In this document: positions 14,701-30,651 of the stretch, in pieces
Layout: the number at the start of each line of letters is the position of its first letter
How positions within the stretch are numbered: position 1 is the stretch's first letter
Origin: Tubulanus polymorphus
Lineage: Eukaryota > Animalia > Nemertea
Direction of reading: 5' to 3'
DNA: 64,000 bases
Assembly: GCF_964204645.1 (NCBI RefSeq)
Contig: NC_134026.1
Coordinates: 767,950-831,949 of the forward strand
The notes under the pieces: model-generated
Told to the model about the DNA's origin: nothing
What the model saw: only the letters and a program-made list of their open reading frames with translations
The model's database searches: none
Position numbers and translations under genes: made by a program

Positions 14701-14981
14701 TATTTTAAATGCATCATGCCTTATAGGTGAATTAAGATGGTGGAATGTATTTAAATCTTCGACCTTTAGTGAAGATGCTTCATTGGTGCAAAATACAAAA
14801 CAATTCTCTCTCAAAATTACAGTTGAATTGGGCAATAATCGAGGAATTCTAATTTTAATAGTGATTTAACGACTGATCAACACTTGATACATAAAATCTT
14901 TGTTTCATGATCTATTTGTATAAAATTATTCATCTATAATTCAAATATCTCACTGAAATTATGATTCGTTCAGATTTACTT

Positions 14982-17900
14982 TTAGAGTTTAGCATTTTTG
15001 TATTTTTTCAATTCTTTTCTCGCGATGGCGACTCGATGAACCTCGTCGGGTCCGTCCGCAAGACGTAGAATACGTGCCCACATGAAAAATGCGGCTAGTG
15101 GGAAATCGGAACTGAGTCCAGCCGCTCCGTGAAGCTGAAAAATAAAATACGTCGGCGTAAATTTGAGGCTTTGTCTTGACTTTCTAAGAAATATGACGAG
15201 TTTTCAGCAAATTTCAAATCCTACGACGACTAGTTATTCAACAGTGCATTTTACTCCCTCCACTCTTGATTAGAATTAACATGAGCGGAATGAGTAAAAC
15301 CTACTGGTAAATCATTCATCCACAACGATTCATCAACTGAAATCAAATACTCAAGAGTTAATTAGATTCACACATGTACCTGAATAACACGGTCTAGTAC
15401 TCTTTGAGCCATGGCTGGAGCCGCGACCTTGATCATCGCTATTTCTGAAGCTGCTGCTTTATTACCGACTGTGTCCATCATGTGAGCGGCTTTCAGTACG
15501 AGCAGACGCGTCTGTTCTATATCTATACGAGACATAGCGATATCGGCCTGAGCCGTACCGAACGCTGCTAACGGTTTACCAAACGCAATACGATTCTTAG
15601 TCTATAAACAATGAAATATCACGATGAGTTCTCAAAGGTGAATTGTAGTAATCTGTCTATTATTTCAAATTCTAAGAACCATTAAGATCATTATGTTATT
15701 TTCATTTCTCTGATGGCGAAGTTTAGACCAAACTTTGAAACTGTCAGAATAAACCGTTAATCAACACCAGTGGGTTTTCATCATTAACTTAAAGATCAAT
15801 TTGAGCTCATTCAGAGACATAATTTGCTTAATTTTCGATGTGTGATGTCAAAATTTTTGATGACAATTAGTTCAATATGGACAAGATTTTGAATGAGTCG
15901 TCCTATTGGGATAGCCGGTGGCATGGATTGCAAATTAATTAAGTTCTGGGATTGTTTTATGAACATACCCTGTGCAGCATCAGTTCGAAAGCTCGTTCTG
16001 CATTACCGATTAATCTCATACAGTGATGTATACGCCCGGGACCGAGGCGTCCTTGAGCTATTTCAAATCCGCGACCTTCTCCGAGAAGTATGTTATGCAA
16101 TGGAACCCTCACGTTATCAAATACCACTTCAGCATGGCCATCTACGAAATAGTAATCAAAGTTTTCACAGAAACCGATTTAAGATACCCTTACAATTGAA
16201 CTCAGTTCAGTCATCACATAACTTAAGTTATTAAACTGTTTCAAATACTCACATGGAGCGTCTACTTCACCGAACACACTGAGAGGTCGAATAATCCTAA
16301 TACCAGGACTATCCATCGGAACAAGGATCATACTCTGCTGTCTGTGACGTTCTGCGTACGGATCAGTTTTACCCATAAATATACACAGTTTACATTGAGG
16401 ATGAAGAGCTCCTAAAACAGTTACATATACAATGTAATTATAGTTTTATATTAGAGTATCAAGGAAATAAACAGAACCCAGTACATAGATATGGGGGCTA
16501 CATAATCCATGGAAATGTGTTGAAATATGGCAATTACAACTTTTTAATCGTTTTAATGGTGGTCATCACCCAAGTTATGGATTTACCCCAAGAGGTAAAT
16601 TTGATATCTATCCTGTCTATGAAACACAGCCCAGATATAGAGAGAATTAGGCTTACCACTAGTCCACCATTTATGTCCATTTATCACATAATGATCGCCT
16701 TCTCTTGAAATCGATGATTCAATATTTGTAGCATCAGATGAAGCAACCTACAAAAACACGATCAAGTATCATAAATATAATCTCTGTATATTTATAATTA
16801 GAACTCGGCTGATGATGAAGTCAGATTGTTACCTTCGGTTCAGACATGCCGAAACACGAGCGTATTTTCCCCTCCAGTAACGGCGTTAACCATTCCTCTT
16901 TCTGTTCTTTAGTTCCGTATTTCAGTAGAACTTCCATATTTCCGGTATCAGGAGCCGAACAGTTGAATACCTACGAAACGGAATGAAATTCACTTCAAAT
17001 CCTATGATTTATCAACATCTTTGGTAGAGAGTTCAAATAGTTCAAAATCCATAATAGCAAAAAGAGTACAATTCTCATTTCCGAATATTTATCGTCTATA
17101 TTTATTGTAGCAAACGTTTTTGTGATTTGTATCTCCCCTCTTCCGGTGTAGTGCCGGAGGGGAAATGCAACTCCCGAAAACATATTTACTCATTAGAAAA
17201 TTAAATTAGTACTGTTTGCTATTTATGACTAGTGAAAACGTACCTCCGGTGCACATATAGATTTACCCATCAGTTCACATATAAATGCGTATTCAACATT
17301 AGTTAATCCAACTCCGTACTGTTTCATTGGATCAATATCTGTAGGTATGAACAGGTTCCATAAACCCTCACTCATAGCTTTTTTCTACAAAATGATAAAT
17401 ATTTCACAATTCTAAACGTTTAAAAGTAACTGATACTTTCGTAACTAGATCCAGGAGACAAAAAATAAATAAATCGTCAAGAATCTGAGATGAATTTTAC
17501 TTACCTTCAATTCCTCGATGGAATGATGAACGGACCATTTGTTTTTCGATTCTCTGTGACGTACAAACTCGGCCTCTAATGGAATGACGTTATCGCGAAT
17601 AAAAGAGTCGACTTTATGATACAGATCCTGTACGTGAGGTGATAAACCGCAAACATCTATCGGGATTTTACCTGAAATAGAAATAGAATTGAGTTCCAGT
17701 AGTTGAATCAAATTCGAACAGAAAGCAATTGATAAAATCTGAAGAAATCTGACTCGCATAACAGTCAGTCAAAATGTAGGTTAGTGTTTATTCCAATTTT
17801 CCTTCTACACATGTGCAAAGATGCTGAACTTAGTTAAATTAAAGCCAATTTCAAGAATATTTGGATCCAAAAATCGAGCCCAGAGAAAAAGAATTGTTAG

Positions 17901-20900
17901 TATAATGCCCTACCGACAGAGCCATCGAGGTCAGATACTGATTTACTTCTTTTCTACTATATAGCCTTATCCCTTAACTAACCATATTCTAAGCCTAAAC
18001 CCAATTCTAGCATTATACCTAACCAGTCAGTAGTCACAATAATGATTGTCTTAACAACAGTGAGTTTCAGTGTATTATATTTACCGTATTCAGGTCTATT
18101 TGATTGATGAATCTCAGATGTATCTGATGAATGAGTATAAGCGCTGCTACTGCTCGTAGAAGTCGGCGTTGGAGACGTCAATCTAGACTTACTGCTACTT
18201 CGGCTTTTCGAAGCTATATCACAACCCAAATTAGCGAAATGTTCAGCTAATTTTCCGATGGCTTGAGCATCAGCTGAACTCGATTGGCCTGAAATGTAGA
18301 ACCAAACATTTTTATGAACCATTTGATACGTTTGATTTGAACTACTACACTACATACCTTGTAAAGAGCGCTTGTAAACTCCTTGTACAATCGAGGCAAT
18401 TCGATAACAAACAAACGCCAGGTAAAAATTCATGTTCGTGATTTCATCGATGCCCATCTGATCACAATATTGCTGAATATATTTACGCATTTTAGGAATA
18501 CCCAACTCGACGATATTCGCTTTACCAAAACCTGTTAATGTTTAATGATATCAATATCAGATGTTGAAGATCAATGCTGTCGCTAGAAGATAATTACTAG
18601 ATCAATATCTAACCTGGTAGAGTCGGTATTGTATTCGGTAAGATGTAAGGTAAACAGTTCGTAGCTAGATCGGATAACGGATCTCCTAACGTTGACATTT
18701 CCCAATCAAGTACGGCTAAAACTTCCGGTCGATCCTTGTGGAATATCAGATTATCAATTCTAAAATTACAAATTCATTTAATCATGTAATAAATTCAGGG
18801 AATCCATAATTCTACCCGATTTGTAAGAATCCAAAACCCACACTGGACCCATTTCAATACAGGGTCGTGCCACTTTCCACCCATTTACAAATCCTGTCAG
18901 ATTTTTTCTGATGTTTCCAAGTGATTGTAAAAAATTCCCTGAGTGAATCAAGACATAGTCAATAGCATTACCCAAATTCCCTAAGTTTCCAGGTTTTTGG
19001 TAAAAACCTAAAAAAATTTCCCCGATTTTTCTGATTCCCTGATTTTTCCAGTCAGTGACTGTCCTTCAGTAGTCGTACTACCGGTAGATAGTGATGTTTA
19101 GTCATTATTATTACCTGAAATCTCCATGTACAACAGTACATTTCTCTTCTGTCGGAAGTCGATCTTTCAACCAAGATATCAGAGTATTCATCGGTTTAAT
19201 CTCATGAGTTTTACTCGCTTCAAATTGTTTCTCCCATCGCTGCAAATTTCTCTTCATGTATTCACCTATAACAAACAGAACCACCGGATAAGACGGAGGA
19301 TCTCATGGTACTAATTAGAGTCGCCACTTTCTGCCAATTTACAAATTCTGAATTTCCCCCGAATTTTCTATGTTATAACACAGAAAAAATACTTGGTTTG
19401 AAATGTTACAATCTATTCAGTAATCACGAATCCTGCATTGATAAAGAAATGCATGGTCAATATCCATATTCCCTGTGTTTTCCAGTTTTTTTTGCAAAAT
19501 TTGTCGAATTTCCTGAGCTTTCCCCAAGCTTCCAAAGTTTTTTCAGGTCAGTTGCCGTCCTGCTAATCATTTGATCATGTACAAAATGTAAATTTTTACA
19601 ACCTATCCTAGATAATTGAAATGAGATCATTACGCCTCTGGGCTGCACCGATGCAGGGGGATACCGTGGAGAGACCTACCTCTTTTACCGAAGTCACCGA
19701 GTCCAGCTGCATCGATATCAACTTTATGTATTTTACTAAGTACTTCGTTCATAGCGGAATAAATAGCAGTTCTTTCACTGCTTGTCATTTCAGGCAGAAG
19801 TGGATTCGTATAAACGACACCAGAGACGTATTCCATCATATAAAACGGCGTTCCTAACAACCTAGAAATATTCTATCAAATTTCATCAACCCTCGATTGA
19901 GATTTTACGCAAACTGATTTTATGAGTTGCAGAGAAGCCATTACGACCCGGTGTCAAATCAATAAATGCAAACACTGGTAATACTTGGTTCCAAAATACC
20001 ACCAGTCTTCAAATTTACAGAAATGATTTCGGGTTGGAAGGCTTCGTAACCTACGTAGAATCTTCATTGAAATGAATCATTTTCGGTACAGGAACACCTT
20101 GTTCTCCTAACGCTTTCATCACGCGGTATTCTCTCTCTATCGCATGGGCCGATGGTAACAGTTGACCGGGCTACAAACGCATAACAAAAACTTCTCAAAA
20201 TACAGTCACTGTTTGTCTCGTGTTTGTTTTAGTGTTTGTTGAGAACTTACTGGTTTTTTACGAAGCACGACTTCTTTACCCGCATATTTAATGTGATATG
20301 TAGGATTTGATTGACCGTGTTTGTAATATCGAATAATAGGTTTCTCTACAAAATAACAATATAATTATTTTCAGTTTTCTGAATTTATGGTTGAAATGTT
20401 TAGTTTTTTGAGTCAGTATTTTACCATTAGAATGAACTTTCAGTGTCCAGTTCAGATATTTCTGTAACTTGTCCAGGTTCGGCAGTTTGTGCTGTTCCGG
20501 TACAGATATCGTACCCGGACTGAAACCTTTCAGAGGAAATCCGAGAGCTTCTTCTAATTCACATACAGCTTTATCAACAGTTTCAACCTGTTTCAACCAT
20601 AAATACAGCATTTACACAACTGAATTACACAAGAATACATTTCAAGATTATATTCAAGGGGTGCTTTCCATTAGGTGGAAATGTGGTTGACATTAGAAAC
20701 TTTCCTTATTATTCCAGTCATTGATAATGAATTCAATTTGTAAATGATCTAATATTCATCATCTTATTCCAGGTATGATCAAAGGACACCATAATAAAGG
20801 AATCAGACTTTTCCAAAAGGGTCGCTACAAAAACAAACCTTAATCGTTTTCATTCCGAGTTCTCGAGCATTTTTCAAATTCAATCCCATATCGTCGAGGA

Positions 20901-22376
20901 ATATAGACTGTTCCGGTTTCACGGCTAACTGATCCAAAACGTGTAAATATATCCTCAAATCCGGTTTCTTTAAACCAACTCGACATGATTCTATTATCTA
21001 CACACGGAAAAATATATACAATCATTTCAAATAAGAAGATAACGCACATCTTCAGCTGAAGGAAACTTTTCTGACTTATTCTTTCCATTCCTATTGTGGG
21101 ATTTTATATCAGTCATTCCAGGATATAAGGAGTTTTCAAGGCGTCTCAATAGAGAAAATTTCAAATTTTGAGGCTTCCACTTCCTGGAAGTGTCTGCATC
21201 ACATTTATATCCATTAAGACTACCTAAACTTGGTTTCTAATTTAGTGACTGCCTAATTGGGCAAAAACAAATTTCGACTGTAGTCTACTGAAATCTAATG
21301 ATCTAAAATTCATCAACTAGACATTCAAACTAGACAAAAATAATCGCCTTTTTCTCACAATTGAAGGAGTTTTCGGCCATTTTGTTCTAATTAAGGGAGT
21401 TTCAAGCACTTTTAAAAGCATGTTCCATTTACAAGGAGTGTTTAAGGAATCAAAAAGTTATAAGGGACACTGCTATTGTGGAATTTAATATAAGGGAATT
21501 GCGAGTTCAACTTACCACATCAAATATATGCTTTTTGATCGGCATAAATGACTCATGTTTGTTAATCATCCAGTTATTTGTAAGAAGAGCTGTTTTTATA
21601 CCTTCCGCTTTCATACAAGCCACAGCGTCGAGCATTTCAGGTGACGGTGTCGCCAAATCGCTATGGAAACTAGGCAACAATCCGGTCATATCCATGCGAC
21701 GACCGACCTAAGATTCAAACGAAATATTTATCTTTAGAAATCTGTCGTTTCCTTAGTATAATAATAGTAATGAATATTAGAAAATGGTTATTACCTTTTT
21801 CTCACATTCCTCGGAGAATTTCTTGGCAAAATCTTGCGGAGTAATTTCTCCGCGCTCTAACGTCATCCAAGCGCCATCTTCTCCATTCTCTCGAATTACG
21901 TCCACTAAAGTTCCCTGCGGCAAATTCAATTTTTCTTCATGAGCTAATCATTAATAAAAAGATGTATAAATTATTTCTCAAAGGCAAATAATATTCAAAT
22001 TGAAAGTACTGCTCTGTGCTCAATATCATTCAAGCTTTTTAGACCAAGAATAAATAACTGAAAACAGATTCTGTCAGAGAGAACAGAGCTCTGAGATTTG
22101 CACTGAATACACAGTGCGCGGTCATAAAATTTGTAAATTTAATGGCTTTGAAGAGAAATTCTACCCACCCCTAAAGAATCACGGGGAAGCCCATATGAAG
22201 TGAATGGTTTAAATACCTGTGAATATAGGTTCTGGTGGCGGCAGAATAACTCCTCCCATGTCAAATATAACGGCTTTAATTTGATTGACAGCTGAAGAGC
22301 ACAGCAGCCTCTTACTCATATCTATATTCGATCCTAATGTTTTCATTCTCGAATAAAGTCTCAGCATAGACGTCAT
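14982..22376 (-). CDS. ACAD10: Acyl-CoA dehydrogenase family member 10-like (HAD + APH-type kinase + ACAD domains), multi-exon
   Basis: Begins [12 protein letters not shown]...[10 protein letters not shown] (HAD motif I). Also [13 protein letters not shown] and [10 protein letters not shown] (HAD); HGQSNPT and [28 protein letters not shown] (kinase); [16 protein letters not shown] and [15 protein letters not shown] (ACAD). Ends [11 protein letters not shown] at 14982. The HAD domain distinguishes ACAD10 from ACAD11. Confidence 0.95.
21330..21472. repeat. Dispersed repeat (AAGGAGTT-rich, MITE-like) in an ACAD10 intron; inverted copy at ~27158-27300
   Basis: caattgaaggagttttcggccattttgttctaattaagggagtttcaagcactttt matches the reverse complement of aaaggtgcttgaaactcctttaatttgagcaaaatacccaaaactccttcaatt just after the FBXO21 stop. 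Confidence 0.7.
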
Positions 22377-23520
22377 GTCTGCAGCTCGAAATGAAAACTG
22401 AATATTTCACCTGAAACACAATCAATAATAGACAATTTCACAGTCACACTCACGGGAACTGACTGAGATACTTCAACTAATCAATTTTCAGCGTCAAATC
22501 AAACAAACAAGGGTTCATACAATTTGGAGTCTCTGATTTTCATAGGGCTAAATATGCAAATTCCCATATAGCTATTAAATGAGGAAACCACTAAGGCAGA
22601 AGTTTATGAAAACAGATTTTTGGCCTACAGGACACCTGAAACCAGAAATTATCCAGACCACATTCTTAAATTGCATAGCTTTTTCATAAATTCGGGTAGC
22701 CTACAAGATTTCGAACTTAATTTTTGAGAATTGAAAAAAAATTTATGAATTTCCATAATCTTTTCAGCATTTTCACGACTAGTGAAACCCTTAAGAATTT
22801 CATAAAATTAAATTCTAAGAGTTTTATGCCTTCTGCCTGCATAAAGTGACCTCAAATATAAATAGGGCAAAAGAAGATTGCTTTCTGTGAAATGGAAAAT
22901 AACCTGGACGAGCACTTTATTATTGGCAAACTGAATTCAATCTATACAATTTCGGTTGATTTATTGGACATAATAGTAACGACGTAAATGAAAGGAAGGG
23001 GATTAATAGGAGATAACAAAGCTCAGGAGGAGCTGCAGGAGGACACAGCAGATGATAAACAACGACGTCAACTGCAGCCAGCAGAGCCTGGATGGAATCT
23101 CTTTTTATGGAAATATTACACATCTGTAGGGAGCTTTGAACAGACTATAGTATACTCTAATAACATAACGCGTCAAATACATGAATATGAAATCGAATAG
23201 TAATTACCTTAGACCATTGAAACTGAATTAAAACAGGGACGATGCCTCGTAATCTCATTAATCTGTTTCTGACAGCCAGAAAATGAAATATACTGAATCG
23301 GGCTACAGGTCGGACTTCATATATCACCGCACCAAAATCCACTGATACATCAAACAATTCCTGGTTAACTATTCAGTAAATTATTAACCCATTAGGATAG
23401 ATATCATAAGATAAATTCACTCAAATAATATCAACTTTTATTCATGCAACAAAAGACAGAAAGATGGGTATTGATTATTGTGTTATATATCGGTCGTCCG
23501 TGCACGCGTCCAAAACCATC

Positions 23521-26500
23521 ATGGCGGACATAAAAACAAACTTATGTCATTTACCGCAAGAAATATTGGAACAAGTGCTGAAAAACGAGCGCTTGTGTCA
23601 CAAAGACCTGTGCAATGTATCTAGAACGTGCTGCTATTTGAGTCAGGTTTCGAGAAGTAATGAATTATGGCGCACTCTGTTTAAAAGAAGGTAAAATACC
23701 CCTTCAAAAGTTGACATTTCGCCGTATTATTGACAGGTGGCAGCACCATCCGGTCCTCAATTTTTAAGCGAATTGACAAACGCTTAAATTTGGATCATCC
23801 AGTTTCCCAGTACCTAGGATACTAAATGATTTGTTAGCTACTATTCTCTCCCAAACTTAGACAAATACCACCAGCCCCACGGCCTGTCGTGTACTACTGT
23901 GAAAGTGAAAGAAATGACGATGACAGTCCAACAACCCGGCGCTTATGTCGCTTTTCAACCCCGAGTTAGAATACCTTTTCAGACTAAAAAGATATTATGC
24001 GATAGATATAGCATCGCATGAATTCTACTTTATGTTAATGACATATTTGTAGGTATCCTGTTTTGTACAGGATGTTAGAATTATCAAAAGTTGCTGAGGC
24101 TAATGAATGGCGAGACCATTATAAATGTCGACATATTATGTCGCGGTCAATTAGACAAGAAAATCAACTGCTATCTCCGAGATTTTACCACAGAATGGAA
24201 GTTCCAGATAGTGGATTTAATAGTTTAGTTGTGCTCGAAGAAAGTCATCCATTCGGTGAAATGTTTGTGAAAGATGAACTGATGTCACTTATTCATGAAG
24301 ATTCTATGTATGTATGACCTGATGATGTTAATTCAAATACATCCACGATATCCAACTAATCGTTACTGTCTTACTTTTGATTTTTCACAGGTGTGACAAT
24401 TTAACGGAGAAATACTATGCCGCGAAAGTATTACAATTTTTTGAAACAAAACGTTTAAAAGGCAAATGGAGGGAGCTATTAGGATTACCGTGTAATCAGC
24501 AATCTCTCGAGAAAGGTATCCGTAAAATAGTGTTTGAAATGACTGTAATTCCACAAATCTTATTTATTAAACGCTTTGATTATGACTGTGGTAATTCAGG
24601 TGCAATATTCATAGCGCAGTGGTGCCAAACGTGGAATTATATTTCGGAAATGGGAATCTGTGAAGAACTGGATGTGATAGCTTCGCAAGTGAAAGCTACT
24701 GTTAATCAGAGACATTCTTCTCATCCACTCGTTCAACTTACACTACCTTGTTTCTCAGGTTTGTTTTAGCTTCACGCGTTGCCTGTCAATCTGCTGAACT
24801 TAATATCTAAATGTGTTTCGATCAATTTCAGAATTGAATGCTGATTATTGGTCGGTCGGTCAAAGTCGACAAATTCTAGATTGTTTAAATCTTGTATTAT
24901 ACACAGAGTTAGGATTTTATGGCAATGAAGAAGATTATTATGACATGAAAAATTCATTTATTGATAAGGTGAATGTTCTGAATCATATTTATTTAGAGCG
25001 TGAAAATTTGTATGACTTGAGGGATACCTGTTGGATGTTATATTATTCAGGATCAGAATAGAATTTTTGAATAGAGTCAAGCCTACTGTATCTATAGATT
25101 TATATGAATATACAGAGATGCTAGTTTTCCGGAAATATCCGGAATTCCGGAAATTTAGGATCGCCGATGTCAATTCCGGAAATTGGGTGAGAATTCCTCG
25201 CGGCGTTCTAAATTCCGGAATTTTGGTACTTTGGCCCTAGCATCTCTGGAATATATTTATCAAGATTTTTAAGATACACGAAATACCCAATACATTTATT
25301 TTCCAGGTTTTAGAAACTAGAAGAGGAATTCCAATCACGCTATCGATTATATATGCAAGCATCGCGAGAAGACTTGGAGTTCTGTGTGAACCAGTCAACT
25401 TTCCTAGTCATTTCTTACTGCGTTGGAAAGAGTATCCTGCAGAGTAAGTTTCAATTTCCGTAGTTATTGAGTTACTCCTTACTTAAATCAACTGTTGATA
25501 CCAGAGTGAAAATTAGAATTGTTTATTTTAACTTTCAGTTCAGAGAATTCATCCTATTCATATATAGATGCGTTTGATCGCGGTAAACGTCTGTCCCAGT
25601 TGGATCTTCACTCTGTATTTCCGCAGTTATTTCATGTGTTGACCCGGCAGCCGGATTCATTACTAGCAGCGGTTGAACCCGTGAAAGTGTTCGAGAGAAT
25701 GGCGAGGAATTTAGTGAACATCGCTCGTCAGAGAGACCGAGCCGGCGGTGATGCTATGTCGTTATTGCGTAATGTTGTTGATCTATTCGTTACTATATGT
25801 CCCGAAGATATGAACATGAATTTACTGTTAGTTCGAATATCTACTCATCTCGGTATCAATTTAACTCAGGTAAAAAAATCAGAGGTTGTCCATTTATTAT
25901 GTATTCAACAGTTTGGTAGGCGCTATACCTCCTTTCTCTTTACCCTGGCCTTGCACATCTGATCCCTTCATAGTCAATGTTCTAAGAGAAACAAATGCTG
26001 TCGATATATTTGATGGATGGGATAAGACAAAGATGGGTTTGATTAAATAAGTTTTCTTTACTGCATAATTATTCAAGCTCCAAAAAGCTTCTGAACCCAT
26101 TTTGATAAGAGATTTTACACTTTCAAGCATTTTAGCGTAATCAAACTTTTAGCAGTGAAAAGGTTAAGAGTTTCTTATCTCTCTTTGACAGCGATGTTCA
26201 TACTTGTAAGTATTATTTACTATCACTATTCTATAGATGATGGAAAGGCTTCAGACTATTCCGATGGTAATGGGCACACACATGCTCGGTGAATTAACCG
26301 TTACAATGGAACAACTTCGTTATCGGCAAGTTTCATTGGACGATGACGATGATCAGAATTCAGTGGTAAATATCGTATATTCATTATTACAAATCTACCC
26401 CAATATGAGCTACAGGTAATACATGATAGAGAGTGCAGGAAAATGATTAGAACATATCAGCAGCTGAACCTTGCCTTAATAACCTGGGAGTGAAAATCAT

Positions 26501-27119
26501 TTTGTTTTTATTAAATTTGTAGGTTGTGAAGAAGAGAAAACCTCGAAGTAAAGTTGAATTTTCAGTTGGTTTGATTATGAGGCATAAAAGGTAAACTTAG
26601 AGTATTTGATGAAAATGTGTCGATCGTTTTGTTGGACATATGATCAGATGGTTAATATAGTTGTTAAGTGTTTATGTAAATGGTTGTAGGTATAATTACA
26701 CGTGTGTTATTTATGGTTGGGATGAGAAATGTGAAAGCAGTCGTGAATGGATCGAACAAATGGGAGTTTACAATCTACCGAACAAAGATAAACAACCATT
26801 TTATAACGTCCTCGTTGAAGATGGTTCCAACAGATACGCAGCGCAAGGTAGAAAAAAGTGTCGAAAAATCTTTGAAAGGAGACTTTAATTTCTGCAATTC
26901 CTTCACACATTTTCCTATTGTTTACTTGTAGAAAATCTTACCCATTGTCCGCAGCCGGTAGAAGTGACTCATCCAGAAATCGGGAAATATTTCCGCAAGT
27001 TTACCGGCTATTGTTACATGATGAATGCGGAGAAACAAGCCGAATATCCTGAAGATATGGATTTAACAATCGAAGCGAATCCTTATCCCGGATTTTATGC
27101 TTTCGGCGACTCACTGTAA
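23521..27119 (+). CDS. FBXO21: F-box only protein 21 (F-box + transglutaminase-like core + YccV-like domain), multi-exon
   Basis: F-box: LCHLPQEILEQVL..LCNVSRTC..SNELW. Middle domain: GFYGNEEDYYDMKNSFIDKVLETRRGIPITLSIIYASIARRLGVLCEPVNFPSHFLLRW. YccV-like: FSVGLIMRHKRYNYTCVIYGWD..QPFYNVLVEDGSNRYAAQENL..HPEIGKYF..YPED. Stop TAA at 27117-27119. Confidence 0.95.
25113..25248. mobile_element. 136 bp MITE in an FBXO21 intron
   Basis: Perfect 12-bp TIRs CAGAGATGCTAG...CTAGCATCTCTG, flanked by the 7-bp direct repeat GAATATA; internal TTCCGGAA repeats. Confidence 0.85.
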
Positions 27120-28173
27120 CAGTAATCTTCTGATTGTTTCAATCCACTCTCAAACTGGGTCCCTACAACTCCTTGATTCCATAAATAACTCCTTCGAAAT
27201 GGAAAATTCTTTTAAAGGTGCTTGAAACTCCTTTAATTTGAGCAAAATACCCAAAACTCCTTCAATTATGAGAAATAGACAATTGGAAATCTAGTTTGAC
27301 CCCTAAATCGTGAATTATAGTGATCAATGTTTTAACATCATGTCCAGGCTACATTGCAAGCATACTCTACTGTATTAACCTTTTTTGACCAATGTAAATT
27401 TGTGCCAAATGTTAAGCTTATTATTATCAATTGCGAGCAAAAAAAGTTACTATTTCTTATGCTATACAATGATATTGTTACATTAAGATGATTTTTCTAT
27501 CATTAATGATAGCAGTGATTTTATTGTGATTTTGTGCGATTGATTTTCTTTTTAAGGCATGTAAATTTTCAGCGTTTATACAAAACATTTTGTAAAGACG
27601 ATCTAGAGCTAAAATAGATGATAAACATTGTGAATATGTAAATTATTTTGTACAGAAAGGAAATATTGTGCATAATATGGAGTGTTTAATATAAAAACTG
27701 TTTCTATTAATTCGTTTTTAAAAATTTTCATGATGTGATACTTTTTTCGGGAAGTTCATTATGAATTATGAGTGGTCATTTGTTTTGAACTAAAAATTCG
27801 ATTAAAAAAACTCGAGAAAATGTTGGATTAATTCATTATTTTAATTTATTTACATTTCATAAATAATCGACAGGGAAAAAAAATCGATAAATAAACCCAA
27901 TTCGTAATAATCACAGAATTTTTTCTACAATATTGCTCCGACCAAGCACCACCAAAATTTTCTTGAAAATAAAAATGAAACGTTAATTGCTTATATCGTA
28001 CAATGTATGCGTAAGATAATGACGTAAGATAAGCCTCCTCAATCTGAATAAGAGGATTTATCATTCAGGTATTCAATATTTCAAAAAAAAAAGAAGAAAT
28101 CTTGAAAGCTGTAACCGAACAACTGACACACGTAGATATAAGTTCTATATTTGTTGAATGAATCCCGAATTGT

Positions 28174-30143
<1,970 letters not shown>

Positions 30144-30635
30144 GGTGATGCTGCAGAAAATAAATAGAAATAGGTTATTTCAAAATGCCTGGATAGGTAA
30201 GGTATACCTACACATTGAATACCAGCAGTCCTTCCAATCTAAACCCTGTCAGCTGTGCGATTCACAATTGGATATTTTTACAAATCACATATGAGTTCGT
30301 GTATAAGCCCATCCGACTATAAAAGCTTACCACCAACGATTAAGTAAGTAACTAAATAACCCAGCATTGTGGCAATGGCAAAAAAGCAGAAATTCTCACT
30401 TTTTTGTTTGACTTTTAACTTTAAGAGCAGTTCTCTAAAAAAACTTCTCCAGACCAAATTAGTCAATTAAATATCTTAAATATCCATAAAATTAGAATTG
30501 AAACTTTCCTAAGATGTCTGATATATTTGTTTGTTATGTTGACGATATTTTTTACCTGTGTCAAATGGGGGTGTCTGTTTATTTCGGCGATGAACACGAC
30601 CAAACTGAAACTGTTATGAGATGGATGGCTCACAC

Positions 30636-30651
30636 TGTTTACCTTGACAAC
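30636..30651. promoter_or_regulatory. Overlapping forkhead (TGTTTAC) and X-box-like (GTTTACCTTGACAAC) site upstream of TEKT1
   Basis: Motif read directly, just upstream of a probable non-coding first exon (minus-strand donor near 30555). One mismatch to the X-box consensus RYYNYYWWRRNRAC. Confidence 0.5.

Noticed and set aside
24516-24523. U12-type intron donor GTATCCGT in FBXO21
   Set aside because: It deviates from GTATCCTT and no U12 branch site (TCCTTAAC) was seen.
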